Shown: positions 9,693 through 23,559 of the stretch, piece by piece
Numbering within the stretch: the first letter of the stretch is position 1
How the letters are laid out: each line of letters starts with the position of its first letter
Origin: Escherichia coli
Lineage (GTDB): Bacteria; Pseudomonadota; Gammaproteobacteria; Enterobacterales; Enterobacteriaceae
Assembly (NCBI RefSeq): GCF_003334815.1
Contig: NZ_QOWO01000026.1
Reading direction: 5' to 3' (one strand)
DNA length: 62,123 nt
Notes under the pieces: generated by a model
What the model was told of the DNA's origin: nothing
Seen by the model: the letters and a program-made list of their open reading frames with translations, nothing else
Database searches by the model: none
Translations under genes and position numbers: made by a program

Positions 9693-12566
9693 ATGACACA
9701 GACGTTAAGCCAGCTTGAAAACAGCGGCGCTTTTATTGAACGCCATATCGGACCGGACGCCGCGCAACAGCAAGAAATGCTGAATGCCGTTGGTGCACAA
9801 TCGTTAAACGCGCTGACCGGCCAGATTGTGCCGAAAGATATTCAACTTGCGACACCACCGCAGGTTGGCGCACCGGCGACCGAATACGCCGCACTGGCAG
9901 AACTCAAGGCTATTGCCAGTCGCAATAAACGCTTCACGTCTTACATCGGCATGGGTTACACCGCCGTGCAGCTACCGCCGGTTATCCTGCGTAACATGCT
10001 GGAAAATCCGGGCTGGTATACCGCGTACACTCCGTATCAACCTGAAGTCTCCCAGGGCCGCCTTGAAGCACTGCTCAACTTCCAGCAGGTAACGCTGGAT
10101 TTGACTGGACTGGATATGGCCTCTGCTTCTCTTCTGGACGAGGCCACCGCTGCCGCCGAAGCAATGGCGATGGCGAAACGCGTCAGCAAACTGAAAAATG
10201 CCAACCGCTTCTTCGTGGCTTCCGATGTGCATCCGCAAACGCTGGATGTGGTCCGTACTCGTGCCGAAACCTTTGGTTTTGAAGTGATTGTCGATGACGC
10301 GCAAAAAGTGCTCGACCATCAGGACGTCTTCGGCGTGCTGTTACAGCAGGTAGGCACTACCGGTGAAATTCACGACTACACTGCGCTTATTAGCGAACTG
10401 AAATCACGCAAAATTGTGGTCAGCGTTGCCGCCGATATTATGGCGCTGGTGCTGTTAACTGCGCCGGGTAAACAGGGCGCGGATATTGTTTTTGGTTCGG
10501 CGCAACGCTTCGGCGTGCCGATGGGCTACGGTGGCCCACACGCGGCATTCTTTGCGGCGAAAGATGAATACAAACGCTCAATGCCGGGCCGTATTATCGG
10601 TGTATCGAAAGATGCAGCTGGCAATACCGCGCTGCGCATGGCGATGCAGACTCGCGAGCAACATATCCGCCGTGAGAAAGCGAACTCCAACATTTGTACT
10701 TCCCAGGTACTGCTGGCAAACATCGCCAGCCTGTATGCCGTTTATCACGGCCCGGTTGGCCTGAAACGTATCGCTAACCGCATTCACCGTCTGACCGATA
10801 TCCTGGCGGCGGGCCTGCAACAAAAAGGTCTGAAACTGCGCCATGCGCACTATTTCGACACCTTGTGTGTGGAAGTGGCCGACAAAGCGGGCGTACTGAC
10901 GCGTGCCGAAGCGGCTGAAATCAACCTGCGTAGCGATATTCTGAACGCGGTTGGGATCACCCTTGATGAAACAACCACGCGTGAAAACGTAATGCAGCTT
11001 TTCAACGTGCTGCTGGGCGATAACCACGGCCTGGACATCGACACGCTGGACAAAGACGTGGCTCACGACAGCCGCTCTATCCAGCCTGCGATGCTGCGCG
11101 ACGACGAAATCCTCACCCATCCGGTGTTTAATCGCTACCACAGCGAAACCGAAATGATGCGCTATATGCACTCGCTGGAGCGTAAAGATCTGGCGCTGAA
11201 TCAGGCGATGATCCCGCTGGGTTCCTGCACCATGAAACTGAACGCCGCCGCCGAGATGATCCCAATCACCTGGCCGGAATTTGCCGAACTGCACCCGTTC
11301 TGCCCGCCGGAGCAGGCCGAAGGTTATCAGCAGATGATTGCGCAGCTGGCTGACTGGCTGGTGAAACTGACCGGTTACGACGCCGTTTGTATGCAGCCGA
11401 ACTCTGGCGCACAGGGCGAATACGCGGGCCTGCTGGCGATTCGTCATTATCATGAAAGCCGCAACGAAGGGCATCGCGATATCTGCCTGATCCCGGCTTC
11501 TGCGCACGGAACTAACCCCGCTTCTGCACATATGGCAGGAATGCAGGTGGTGGTTGTGGCGTGTGATAAAAACGGCAACATCGATCTGACTGATCTGCGC
11601 GCGAAAGCGGAACAGGCGGGCGATAACCTCTCCTGTATCATGGTGACTTATCCTTCTACCCACGGCGTGTATGAAGAAACGATCCGTGAAGTGTGTGAAG
11701 TCGTGCATCAGTTCGGCGGTCAGGTTTACCTTGATGGCGCGAACATGAACGCCCAGGTTGGCATCACCTCGCCGGGCTTTATTGGTGCGGACGTTTCACA
11801 CCTTAACCTACATAAAACTTTCTGCATTCCGCACGGCGGTGGTGGTCCGGGTATGGGACCGATCGGCGTGAAAGCGCATTTGGCACCGTTTGTACCGGGT
11901 CATAGCGTGGTGCAAATCGAAGGCATGTTAACCCGTCAGGGCGCGGTTTCTGCGGCACCGTTCGGTAGCGCCTCTATCCTGCCAATCAGCTGGATGTACA
12001 TCCGCATGATGGGCGCAGAAGGGCTGAAAAAAGCAAGCCAGGTGGCAATCCTCAACGCCAACTATATTGCCAGCCGCCTGCAGGATGCCTTCCCGGTGCT
12101 GTATACCGGTCGCGACGGTCGCGTGGCGCACGAATGTATTCTCGATATTCGCCCGCTGAAAGAAGAAACCGGCATCAGCGAGCTGGATATTGCCAAGCGC
12201 CTGATCGACTACGGTTTCCACGCGCCGACGATGTCGTTCCCGGTGGCGGGTACGCTGATGGTTGAACCGACTGAATCTGAAAGCAAAGTGGAACTGGATC
12301 GCTTTATCGACGCGATGCTGGCTATCCGCGCAGAAATTGACCAGGTGAAAGCCGGTGTCTGGCCGCTGGAAGATAACCCGCTGGTGAACGCGCCGCACAT
12401 CCAGAGCGAACTGGTCGCCGAGTGGGCGCATCCGTACAGCCGTGAAGTTGCGGTATTCCCGGCAGGTGTGGCAGACAAATACTGGCCGACAGTGAAACGT
12501 CTGGATGATGTTTACGGCGACCGTAACCTGTTCTGCTCCTGCGTACCGATTAGCGAATACCAGTAA
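9693..12566 (+). CDS. gcvP: Glycine dehydrogenase (decarboxylating), P protein
   Basis: 957-aa ORF; PLP-lysine region [16 protein letters not shown]. Confidence 0.98.
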   Translation: MTQTLSQLENSGAFIERHIGPDAAQQQEMLNAVGAQSLNALTGQIVPKDIQLATPPQVGAPATEYAALAELKAIASRNKRFTSYIGMGYTAVQLPPVILRNMLENPGWYTAYTPYQPEVSQGRLEALLNFQQVTLDLTGLDMASASLLDEATAAAEAMAMAKRVSKLKNANRFFVASDVHPQTLDVVRTRAETFGFEVIVDDAQKVLDHQDVFGVLLQQVGTTGEIHDYTALISELKSRKIVVSVAADIMALVLLTAPGKQGADIVFGSAQRFGVPMGYGGPHAAFFAAKDEYKRSMPGRIIGVSKDAAGNTALRMAMQTREQHIRREKANSNICTSQVLLANIASLYAVYHGPVGLKRIANRIHRLTDILAAGLQQKGLKLRHAHYFDTLCVEVADKAGVLTRAEAAEINLRSDILNAVGITLDETTTRENVMQLFNVLLGDNHGLDIDTLDKDVAHDSRSIQPAMLRDDEILTHPVFNRYHSETEMMRYMHSLERKDLALNQAMIPLGSCTMKLNAAAEMIPITWPEFAELHPFCPPEQAEGYQQMIAQLADWLVKLTGYDAVCMQPNSGAQGEYAGLLAIRHYHESRNEGHRDICLIPASAHGTNPASAHMAGMQVVVVACDKNGNIDLTDLRAKAEQAGDNLSCIMVTYPSTHGVYEETIREVCEVVHQFGGQVYLDGANMNAQVGITSPGFIGADVSHLNLHKTFCIPHGGGGPGMGPIGVKAHLAPFVPGHSVVQIEGMLTRQGAVSAAPFGSASILPISWMYIRMMGAEGLKKASQVAILNANYIASRLQDAFPVLYTGRDGRVAHECILDIRPLKEETGISELDIAKRLIDYGFHAPTMSFPVAGTLMVEPTESESKVELDRFIDAMLAIRAEIDQVKAGVWPLEDNPLVNAPHIQSELVAEWAHPYSREVAVFPAGVADKYWPTVKRLDDVYGDRNLFCSCVPISEYQ

Positions 12567-12588
12567 TTCACTGATTCGACTATTTTCT

Positions 12589-12612
12589 AAAGGCGCTTCG
12601 GCGCCTTTTTAG
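12589..12612 (+). terminator. Rho-independent terminator of gcvTHP
   Basis: aaaggcgc-ttcg-gcgccttt hairpin plus a T-run. Confidence 0.85.
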
Positions 12613-12643
12613 TCAGATGACAAAGTACAAAAGTGCTCAGACA

Positions 12644-12747
12644 GTCCCCTCGCCCCTTTGGGGAGAGGGTTAGGGTGAGGGGAACAGGCCGGCACTGGCG
12701 CGAATATTTACCCTCACCCCGGCCCTCTCCCTGAAAGGGCGAGGGGG
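12644..12747. repeat. Pair of inverted boxC-like GC-rich repeats
   Basis: cccctcgcccctttggggagagggttagggtgagggg and its imperfect reverse complement ccctcaccccggccctctccctgaaagggcgaggggg; this repeat type is common in E. coli intergenic DNA. Confidence 0.55.
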
Positions 12748-12832
12748 AAAAGCGTGCCAACATTGAAGATTGAGCCAGTTTGTTAGCAATCTCAAAGATA
12801 CGTCAACGAATTAATTTTTCTCGGAAAAACAA

Positions 12833-13576
12833 ATGGCTATAGCACTTGTGACTGGTGGCAGTCGCGGCATCGGGCGGGCAACTGCATTACTGTTGGCGCA
12901 AGAAGGGTATACGGTGGCGGTTAATTATCAGCAAAACCTCCACGCGGCGCAGGAAGTGATGAACTTAATAACGCAAGCCGGTGGCAAAGCATTCGTGCTC
13001 CAGGCGGATATCAGCGACGAAAACCAGGTCGTTGCGATGTTTACAGCAATCGATCAGCACGATGAACCGCTAGCAGCGCTGGTCAATAACGCCGGGATCT
13101 TGTTTACCCAGTGCACCGTTGAAAACCTTACCGCAGAGCGAATCAACCGAGTACTTTCCACCAACGTGACGGGATATTTTCTCTGCTGCCGCGAGGCGGT
13201 AAAACGCATGGCGCTTAAAAATGGTGGCAGTGGCGGCGCTATCGTCAATGTCTCTTCGGTGGCCTCACGGTTGGGTTCGCCAGGGGAATATGTTGATTAC
13301 GCGGCATCGAAAGGGGCGATTGATACGTTAACCACCGGACTATCGCTGGAAGTCGCCGCGCAGGGGATCCGCGTTAACTGCGTGCGGCCAGGGTTTATTT
13401 ATACCGAAATGCACGCCAGCGGCGGCGAGCCTGGACGCGTCGATCGCGTTAAGTCGAACATCCCCATGCAGCGTGGTGGACAGGCAGAAGAGGTCGCGCA
13501 GGCCATTGTCTGGCTACTAAGTGATAAAGCCTCTTACGTCACGGGAAGTTTTATCGATTTGGCGGGCGGGAAATAA
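12833..13576 (+). CDS. ygfF: Short-chain dehydrogenase/reductase family oxidoreductase
   Basis: 247 aa; TGGSRGIG cofactor motif and YAASK catalytic motif. Confidence 0.93.
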   Translation: MAIALVTGGSRGIGRATALLLAQEGYTVAVNYQQNLHAAQEVMNLITQAGGKAFVLQADISDENQVVAMFTAIDQHDEPLAALVNNAGILFTQCTVENLTAERINRVLSTNVTGYFLCCREAVKRMALKNGGSGGAIVNVSSVASRLGSPGEYVDYAASKGAIDTLTTGLSLEVAAQGIRVNCVRPGFIYTEMHASGGEPGRVDRVKSNIPMQRGGQAEEVAQAIVWLLSDKASYVTGSFIDLAGGK

Positions 13577-13593
13577 AACAGGGAAGTTGTCTG

Positions 13594-13621
13594 ACCGGAT
13601 GCAACAAGTATTGCATCCGGT
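13594..13621. terminator. Bidirectional terminator hairpin between ygfF and bglA
   Basis: accggatgcaa-N6-ttgcatccggt, an 11-bp perfect stem between convergent genes. Confidence 0.7.
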
Positions 13622-13632
13622 ACTTCATCGAC

Positions 13633-15093
<1,461 letters not shown>

Positions 15094-15110
15094 TTACAGG
15101 AAATAGTACC

Positions 15111-15422
15111 ATGCAGCCAAACGACATCACTTTTTTTCAACGTTTCCAGGATGACATTCTGGCTGGGCGTAAAACCATCACCATCCGCGACGAGTCTGAA
15201 TCGCACTTCAAAACGGGTGATGTGCTTCGTGTCGGACGTTTTGAAGATGACGGTTATTTTTGCACGATTGAAGTCACCGCAACCTCAACCGTAACGCTGG
15301 ATACGCTGACTGAAAAACATGCAGAGCAGGAAAATATGACCCTGACTGAACTGAAAAAAGTCATTGCTGACATCTATCCCGGTCAGACACAATTTTATGT
15401 GATTGAATTTAAATGTCTTTAA
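15111..15422 (+). CDS. yqfB: ASCH-domain protein YqfB (N4-acetylcytidine amidohydrolase)
   Basis: 103-aa [30 protein letters not shown]. Confidence 0.93.
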   Translation: MQPNDITFFQRFQDDILAGRKTITIRDESESHFKTGDVLRVGRFEDDGYFCTIEVTATSTVTLDTLTEKHAEQENMTLTELKKVIADIYPGQTQFYVIEFKCL

Positions 15423-15582
15423 ATTGAACTCACGCCTGTTAGTTGAAATTTCGCATTTAATTTCATGATTTTTAGGAGATTAGTCTCAAATCAGAATTTA
15501 TTTTAGCTAACAGGTGTTCACTGGAACTATTCTCAGTTACGCTGGAGAGGTATACATGTGCGTGTACGTTTCTCCGGAGTAA

Positions 15583-16245
<663 letters not shown>

Positions 16246-16252
16246 TGGGTAT

Positions 16253-16431
16253 GCCTTTGTAGGCCTGATAAGACGCGCCAGCGTCGCATCAGGCATCGGA
16301 GCACAACTGCCGGATTCGGCGTGAACGCCTTATCCGATCTACGGGCCTCGTCCCTGTTGTGATAAAGGCATCAAATCCCAGACATGATAAGACGCGCCAG
16401 CGTCGCATCAGGCGATAAATGCCTGATGCGA
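16253..16431. repeat. BIME/REP cluster (three REP units)
   Basis: gcctgataagacgcgccagcgtcgcatcaggc-type REP sequences in alternating orientation downstream of yqfA and ygfZ. Confidence 0.9.
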
Positions 16432-16440
16432 TAAAGAGAT

Positions 16441-17421
16441 TTACTCTTCGAGCGAATACGGCAGCGGCTCGATATGCAATGTATTCGCATCGTCGCGTAC
16501 GCGGAAGATGCTATCCGGTTCCATATCGTTATTCATGACGACCTGTACCACGACCTGACCATCTTCCAGTTTTACCGCAGCCAGTACCGTACCGGTACGA
16601 CGCCAGTTCTCGCCCATTTTCAGCTCTAAGTCTTCACCAGCTTCCGGCAGTCGGCTGGCGCTACCTGCCAGCAACCAGAGCGCACGTTTATTGGCACCAC
16701 GGAATTTTGCTCGCGCCACCATCTCTTGTCCGGTATAACAGCCTTTCTTAAAGCTGATACCGCCCAGCGCCTGGAGATTGGTCGCCTGTGGGATAAACTG
16801 CCCGCTGTTGGCGGCATCAATCACCGGGAAACCCGCTTCAATGTTTAATGCCAGCCACTGTTGGCTATTGTTCAGTTCCGCTTCACCGCGCAGTTTATCG
16901 GTCAGCATATTAGCAGTAGCTTCATCGGTTACGATCAGGAAACGTTCTGCCGGGTGTTCAAACCATAGCAAAGTGGTCGCGCCTTCTTTGACTACCTGTT
17001 TTTCTTTCGAAGGCAGTTCGCTAAAGAGATTTGCCAGCGCGGCGCGCGCCTGAAAACCGGCAACACCAAGCAGCACACGCTCGTCGTCTGGCGCGATGGT
17101 CACTTTAGAGAATACCGCATATTTTTTCAGTTCAGTCAGCTGCGGTTCACGCACGCTGCGCCGTTCAATCCATGCAAAGCCATCGCCGTCGCGGAACAGA
17201 CGTAAATTGCTCCACATTTTACCTTTGGCGTCGCAATGGGCGGCGAGCAGGTGCTGATCTTCTGCCATCTGGCTGACATCTGCTGTCACCTGACCCTGCA
17301 TATATTTTTCGCTGTCCGCGCCAGTAATGGTGGCAAGCGCCCAGTCATCAAGCGTCATCAGCGTCAGCGGTAAACGGGCAGAAGCCGTAGGCTGACGGGG
17401 AGGAAAAGGTGTAAAAGCCAT
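16441..17421 (-). CDS. ygfZ: Folate-binding Fe-S cluster repair protein YgfZ
   Basis: 326 aa; GcvT-like fold; KGCYTGQE motif. Confidence 0.96.
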   Translation of the reverse strand: MAFTPFPPRQPTASARLPLTLMTLDDWALATITGADSEKYMQGQVTADVSQMAEDQHLLAAHCDAKGKMWSNLRLFRDGDGFAWIERRSVREPQLTELKKYAVFSKVTIAPDDERVLLGVAGFQARAALANLFSELPSKEKQVVKEGATTLLWFEHPAERFLIVTDEATANMLTDKLRGEAELNNSQQWLALNIEAGFPVIDAANSGQFIPQATNLQALGGISFKKGCYTGQEMVARAKFRGANKRALWLLAGSASRLPEAGEDLELKMGENWRRTGTVLAAVKLEDGQVVVQVVMNNDMEPDSIFRVRDDANTLHIEPLPYSLEE

Positions 17422-17651
17422 AATAGAGTCCTGAGTTGCTTAACGGCGTATTAATGACTAATGGTAAAAGAGCTATGAGGCAATGCAAGTGCTTTCACTA
17501 CGCGATCTGTGCCTTCTGCGAGGCGACTTCCAAAAAAATGAAGCCATTGAATTGTTGTGAATTAATTTCGCGATCGCGATGGTGTTTACTGATATTCCCG
17601 TAAAAGAAGGCGAAAAACACGTTACAATAGCCGGGTACTGGATTTTCGTGA

Positions 17652-18318
<667 letters not shown>

Positions 18319-18321
18319 AGA

Positions 18322-18351
18322 TGACGGCAAAGCATATGCGCTAAGCCGTCA
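18322..18351. terminator. Hairpin between convergent ygfX and fldB
   Basis: tgacggc-N16-gccgtca. Confidence 0.5.
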
Positions 18352-18357
18352 GTGAGA

Positions 18358-18879
18358 TCAGGCGTAATGCTCTGCCATTTCGTTGAGGATTTGCTCGCAC
18401 CAGCTCTGAATACGCTCGTCGCTAAGGTCATACTGGTTAGTTTCATCCAGCGCCAGACCCACGAACAGTTGCCCGTCAGCAATCACCGGTTTCGGGCTGG
18501 TAAATTCATATCCTTCCGTTGGCCAGTAGCCGACGAACTTCACGCCTTTGGTCGAGAGTTTGTCATGCAGCATACCGAGCGCATCGAGGAACCACTCGCC
18601 GTATCCCAGTTGATCGCCAAGCCCATACAGCGCAACAATTTTACCTTCAAGGTTCAGGTCGTCGAGCTGATCCCAGACGGCTTCCCAGTCTTCCTGGATT
18701 TCACCAAAATCCCAGGTCGGGATACCCAGAATGAGCACATCGTACTGCTCCATTAATTTCGGGGAGTCGTCCTTGAGGTTATGTAAGGTCACCAGTTCTG
18801 GGCCGATAATATCGCGGATTTTTTCTGCCGCCATTTCGGTGTAACAGGTGCTGGAACCGTAAAAAAGACCCATATTCAT
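18358..18879 (-). CDS. fldB: Flavodoxin 2
   Basis: 173-aa [24 protein letters not shown]; long-chain flavodoxin. Confidence 0.97.
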
Positions 18880-18990
18880 AACGTAAGCTTCTCGATTCTG
18901 CTGTGGCTTTTGCGGCTAGTGTATCAGAATCGCTTTAGTCACGGCACAATAAGGCATAATGGATCAAATGAGTGACCATAAGGGGCGCAA

Positions 18991-19887
18991 GTGAAACAGG
19001 ATCTGGCACGCATCGAGCAGTTTCTTGATGCTCTGTGGCTGGAAAAAAATCTGGCTGAAAATACGTTGAACGCTTACCGTCGCGATCTGTCAATGATGGT
19101 GGAGTGGTTGCATCACCGCGGGTTGACGCTGGCGACGGCGCAAAGTGACGATTTGCAGGCATTACTGGCAGAACGGCTGGAGGGCGGGTATAAAGCCACC
19201 AGCTCAGCGCGTTTGCTGAGTGCAGTGCGCCGATTGTTCCAGTATCTTTATCGCGAAAAGTTTCGTGAAGACGATCCCAGTGCGCATCTCGCTTCACCGA
19301 AATTGCCCCAGCGTTTGCCAAAAGATTTAAGCGAAGCGCAGGTCGAACGTTTATTACAGGCACCATTAATCGATCAGCCACTGGAGCTACGCGATAAAGC
19401 CATGCTTGAAGTGTTGTATGCTACCGGGCTGCGTGTCTCTGAACTGGTCGGACTGACAATGAGTGATATCAGCCTGCGTCAGGGCGTGGTACGGGTCATT
19501 GGTAAAGGCAACAAAGAGCGTCTGGTGCCGTTAGGTGAAGAGGCGGTTTACTGGCTGGAAACCTATCTGGAACATGGGCGTCCGTGGCTGCTGAATGGTG
19601 TGTCAATTGACGTGTTGTTTCCCAGCCAGCGTGCGCAGCAGATGACGCGACAGACCTTCTGGCACCGTATTAAACATTATGCTGTGCTGGCGGGTATCGA
19701 CAGCGAAAAGCTGTCACCGCATGTGTTGCGTCACGCTTTTGCCACTCATTTATTAAATCATGGTGCGGATTTACGCGTGGTGCAGATGCTACTGGGCCAC
19801 AGCGATCTCTCCACCACGCAAATTTATACGCATGTCGCTACCGAGCGTCTGCGGCAACTTCATCAACAGCATCACCCGCGGGCGTGA
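18991..19887 (+). CDS. xerD: Site-specific tyrosine recombinase XerD
   Basis: 298 aa with a GTG start; catalytic HVLRHAFATHLL and GHSDLSTTQIYTH. Confidence 0.97.
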   Translation: MKQDLARIEQFLDALWLEKNLAENTLNAYRRDLSMMVEWLHHRGLTLATAQSDDLQALLAERLEGGYKATSSARLLSAVRRLFQYLYREKFREDDPSAHLASPKLPQRLPKDLSEAQVERLLQAPLIDQPLELRDKAMLEVLYATGLRVSELVGLTMSDISLRQGVVRVIGKGNKERLVPLGEEAVYWLETYLEHGRPWLLNGVSIDVLFPSQRAQQMTRQTFWHRIKHYAVLAGIDSEKLSPHVLRHAFATHLLNHGADLRVVQMLLGHSDLSTTQIYTHVATERLRQLHQQHHPRA

Positions 19888-19911
19888 TGTCTGAAAAGAA
19901 CGGGAAGATTT

Positions 19912-20622
19912 ATGAAGAAAGGTTTTATGTTGTTTACTTTGTTAGCGGCGTTTTCAGGCTTTGCTCAGGCTGATGACGCGGCAATTCAACAAACGTTAGC
20001 CAAAATGGGCATCAAAAGCAGCGATATTCAGCCCGCGCCTGTAGCTGGCATGAAGACAGTTCTGACTAACAGCGGCGTGTTGTACATCACCGATGATGGT
20101 AAACATATCATTCAGGGGCCAATGTATGACGTTAGTGGCACGGCTCCGGTCAATGTCACCAATAAGATGCTGTTAAAGCAGTTGAATGCGCTTGAAAAAG
20201 AGATGATCGTTTATAAAGCGCCGCAGGAAAAACACGTCATCACCGTGTTTACTGATATTACCTGTGGTTACTGCCACAAACTGCATGAGCAAATGGCAGA
20301 CTACAACGCGCTGGGGATCACCGTGCGTTATCTTGCTTTCCCGCGCCAGGGGCTGGACAGCGATGCAGAGAAAGAAATGAAAGCTATCTGGTGTGCGAAA
20401 GATAAAAACAAAGCGTTTGATGATGTGATGGCAGGTAAAAGCGTCGCACCAGCCAGTTGCGACGTGGATATTGCCGACCATTACGCACTTGGCGTCCAGC
20501 TTGGCGTTAGCGGTACTCCGGCAGTTGTGCTGAGCAATGGCACACTTGTTCCGGGTTACCAGCCGCCGAAAGAGATGAAAGAATTCCTCGACGAACACCA
20601 AAAAATGACCAGCGGTAAATAA
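19912..20622 (+). CDS. dsbC: Periplasmic disulfide isomerase DsbC
   Basis: 236 aa; signal peptide; CGYC active site. Confidence 0.97.
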   Translation: MKKGFMLFTLLAAFSGFAQADDAAIQQTLAKMGIKSSDIQPAPVAGMKTVLTNSGVLYITDDGKHIIQGPMYDVSGTAPVNVTNKMLLKQLNALEKEMIVYKAPQEKHVITVFTDITCGYCHKLHEQMADYNALGITVRYLAFPRQGLDSDAEKEMKAIWCAKDKNKAFDDVMAGKSVAPASCDVDIADHYALGVQLGVSGTPAVVLSNGTLVPGYQPPKEMKEFLDEHQKMTSGK

Positions 20623-20627
20623 TTCGC

Positions 20628-22361
20628 GTGAAACAACAGATACAACTTCGTCGCCGTGAAGTCGATGAAACGGCAGACTTGCCCGCTGAATTGCCTCCCT
20701 TGCTGCGCCGTTTATACGCCAGCCGGGGAGTACGCAGTGCGCAAGAACTGGAACGCAGTGTTAAAGGTATGCTGCCCTGGCAGCAACTGAGCGGCGTCGA
20801 AAAGGCCGTTGAGATCCTTTACAACGCTTTTCGCGAAGGAACGCGGATTATTGTGGTCGGTGATTTCGACGCCGACGGCGCGACCAGCACGGCTCTAAGC
20901 GTGCTGGCGATGCGCTCGCTTGGTTGCAGCAATATCGACTACCTGGTACCAAACCGTTTCGAAGACGGTTACGGCTTAAGCCCGGAAGTGGTCGATCAGG
21001 CCCATGCCCGTGGCGCGCAGTTAATTGTCACGGTGGATAACGGTATTTCCTCCCATGCGGGGGTTGAGCACGCTCGCTCGTTGGGCATCCCGGTTATTGT
21101 TACCGATCACCATTTGCCAGGCGACACATTACCCGCAGCGGAAGCGATCATTAACCCTAACTTGCGCGACTGTAATTTCCCGTCGAAATCACTGGCAGGC
21201 GTGGGTGTGGCGTTTTATCTGATGCTGGCGCTGCGCACCTTTTTGCGCGATCAGGGCTGGTTTGATGAGCGTAACATCGCAATTCCTAACCTGGCAGAAC
21301 TGCTGGATCTGGTCGCGCTGGGGACAGTGGCGGACGTCGTGCCGCTGGACGCTAATAATCGCATTCTGACCTGGCAGGGGATGAGTCGCATCCGAGCCGG
21401 AAAGTGCCGTCCGGGGATTAAAGCGCTGCTTGAAGTGGCAAACCGTGATGCACAAAAACTCGCCGCCAGCGATTTAGGTTTTGCGCTGGGGCCACGTCTC
21501 AATGCTGCCGGACGACTGGACGATATGTCCGTCGGTGTGGCGCTGTTGTTGTGCGACAACATCGGCGAAGCGCGCGTGCTGGCAAATGAACTCGATGCGC
21601 TAAACCAGACGCGAAAAGAGATCGAACAAGGAATGCAAATTGAAGCCCTGACCCTGTGCGAGAAACTGGAGCGCAGCCGTGACACGCTACCCGGCGGGCT
21701 GGCAATGTATCACCCCGAATGGCATCAGGGCGTTGTCGGTATTCTGGCTTCGCGCATCAAAGAGCGTTTTCACCGTCCGGTTATCGCGTTTGCGCCAGCA
21801 GGTGACGGTACGCTGAAAGGTTCCGGTCGCTCCATTCAGGGGCTGCATATGCGTGATGCGCTGGAGCGATTAGACACACTCTACCCTGGCATGATGCTGA
21901 AGTTTGGCGGTCATGCGATGGCGGCGGGTTTGTCGCTGGAAGAGGATAAATTCAAACTCTTTCAACAACGGTTTGGCGAACTGGTTACTGAGTGGCTGGA
22001 CCCTTCGCTATTGCAAGGCGAAGTGGTATCAGACGGTCCGTTAAGCCCGGCCGAAATGACCATGGAAGTGGCGCAGCTGCTGCGCGATGCTGGCCCGTGG
22101 GGGCAGATGTTCCCGGAGCCGCTGTTTGACGGTCATTTCCGTCTGCTGCAACAGCGGCTGGTGGGCGAACGTCATTTGAAGGTGATGGTCGAACCGGTCG
22201 GCGGCGGTCCACTGCTGGATGGTATTGCTTTTAATGTCGATACCGCCCTCTGGCCGGATAACGGCGTGCGCGAAGTGCAACTGGCTTATAAGCTCGATAT
22301 CAACGAGTTTCGCGGCAACCGCAGCCTGCAAATTATCATCGACAATATCTGGCCAATTTAG
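20628..22361 (+). CDS. recJ: Single-stranded-DNA-specific 5'-3' exonuclease RecJ
   Basis: 577 aa with a GTG start; DHH motifs (GDFDADG, VTDHH). Confidence 0.97.
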   Translation: MKQQIQLRRREVDETADLPAELPPLLRRLYASRGVRSAQELERSVKGMLPWQQLSGVEKAVEILYNAFREGTRIIVVGDFDADGATSTALSVLAMRSLGCSNIDYLVPNRFEDGYGLSPEVVDQAHARGAQLIVTVDNGISSHAGVEHARSLGIPVIVTDHHLPGDTLPAAEAIINPNLRDCNFPSKSLAGVGVAFYLMLALRTFLRDQGWFDERNIAIPNLAELLDLVALGTVADVVPLDANNRILTWQGMSRIRAGKCRPGIKALLEVANRDAQKLAASDLGFALGPRLNAAGRLDDMSVGVALLLCDNIGEARVLANELDALNQTRKEIEQGMQIEALTLCEKLERSRDTLPGGLAMYHPEWHQGVVGILASRIKERFHRPVIAFAPAGDGTLKGSGRSIQGLHMRDALERLDTLYPGMMLKFGGHAMAAGLSLEEDKFKLFQQRFGELVTEWLDPSLLQGEVVSDGPLSPAEMTMEVAQLLRDAGPWGQMFPEPLFDGHFRLLQQRLVGERHLKVMVEPVGGGPLLDGIAFNVDTALWPDNGVREVQLAYKLDINEFRGNRSLQIIIDNIWPI

Positions 22362-22451
22362 CGTCATCTTCTCTATAAAAAAGAGCGTGGATTGGGTACA
22401 ATCCCGCTCTTATCACCGCATTTTGACTAGCTCAATAAAAGAAATCAGACC

Positions 22452-23550
22452 ATGTTTGAAATTAATCCGGTAAATAATCGCATTCAGGACCTCACGGAAC
22501 GCTCCGACGTTCTTAGGGGGTATCTTTGACTACGACGCCAAGAAAGAGCGTCTGGAAGAAGTAAACGCCGAGCTGGAACAGCCGGATGTCTGGAACGAAC
22601 CCGAACGCGCACAGGCGCTGGGTAAAGAGCGTTCCTCCCTCGAAGCCGTTGTCGACACCCTCGACCAAATGAAACAGGGGCTGGAAGATGTTTCTGGTCT
22701 GCTGGAACTGGCTGTAGAAGCTGACGACGAAGAAACCTTTAACGAAGCCGTTGCTGAACTCGACGCCCTGGAAGAAAAACTGGCGCAGCTTGAGTTCCGC
22801 CGTATGTTCTCTGGCGAATATGACAGCGCCGACTGCTACCTCGATATTCAGGCGGGGTCTGGCGGTACGGAAGCACAGGACTGGGCGAGCATGCTTGAGC
22901 GTATGTATCTGCGCTGGGCAGAATCGCGTGGTTTCAAAACTGAAATCATCGAAGAGTCGGAAGGTGAAGTGGCGGGTATTAAATCCGTGACGATCAAAAT
23001 CTCCGGCGATTACGCTTACGGCTGGCTGCGTACAGAAACCGGCGTTCACCGCCTGGTGCGTAAAAGCCCGTTTGACTCCGGCGGTCGTCGCCACACGTCG
23101 TTCAGCTCCGCGTTTGTTTATCCGGAAGTTGATGATGATATTGATATCGAAATCAACCCGGCGGATCTGCGCATTGACGTTTATCGCGCGTCCGGCGCGG
23201 GCGGTCAGCACGTTAACCGTACCGAATCTGCGGTGCGTATTACCCACATCCCGACCGGGATCGTGACCCAGTGCCAGAACGACCGTTCCCAGCACAAGAA
23301 CAAAGATCAGGCCATGAAGCAGATGAAAGCGAAGCTTTATGAACTGGAGATGCAGAAGAAAAATGCCGAGAAACAGGCGATGGAAGATAACAAATCCGAC
23401 ATCGGCTGGGGCAGCCAGATTCGTTCTTATGTCCTTGATGACTCCCGCATTAAAGATCTGCGCACCGGGGTAGAAACCCGCAACACGCAGGCCGTGCTGG
23501 ACGGCAGCCTGGATCAATTTATCGAAGCAAGTTTGAAAGCAGGGTTATGA
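22452..23550 (+). CDS. prfB: Peptide chain release factor 2, made by a programmed +1 frameshift (join 22452..22526, 22528..23550; 365 aa)
   Basis: Frame 0 reads [25 protein letters not shown] then UGA at 22527. The +1 frame continues [12 protein letters not shown]... into the 293-aa track ORF. SPF and GGQ motifs are present, and residue 246 is Ala (YRASGAGGQ). Confidence 0.97.
22515..22530 (+). promoter_or_regulatory. prfB autoregulatory +1 frameshift site
   Basis: AGG GGG UAU CUU UGA C: an internal SD-like AGGGGG three nt upstream of the slippery CUU-UGA-C. Confidence 0.97.
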
Positions 23551-23559
23551 GGAACCAAC

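Noticed and set aside
10578-11708. 376-aa ORF antisense to gcvP, plus many 60-170-aa ORFs inside gcvP, pepP, ygeY, xdhD and ygfK
   Set aside because: All are nested in or antisense to well-supported genes, and none resembles a known family.
22513-23517. 334-aa ORF antisense to prfB
   Set aside because: This is a typical shadow ORF opposite a highly expressed, codon-biased gene. Its sequence is low-complexity and R/F/V-rich, and prfB fully explains the region.
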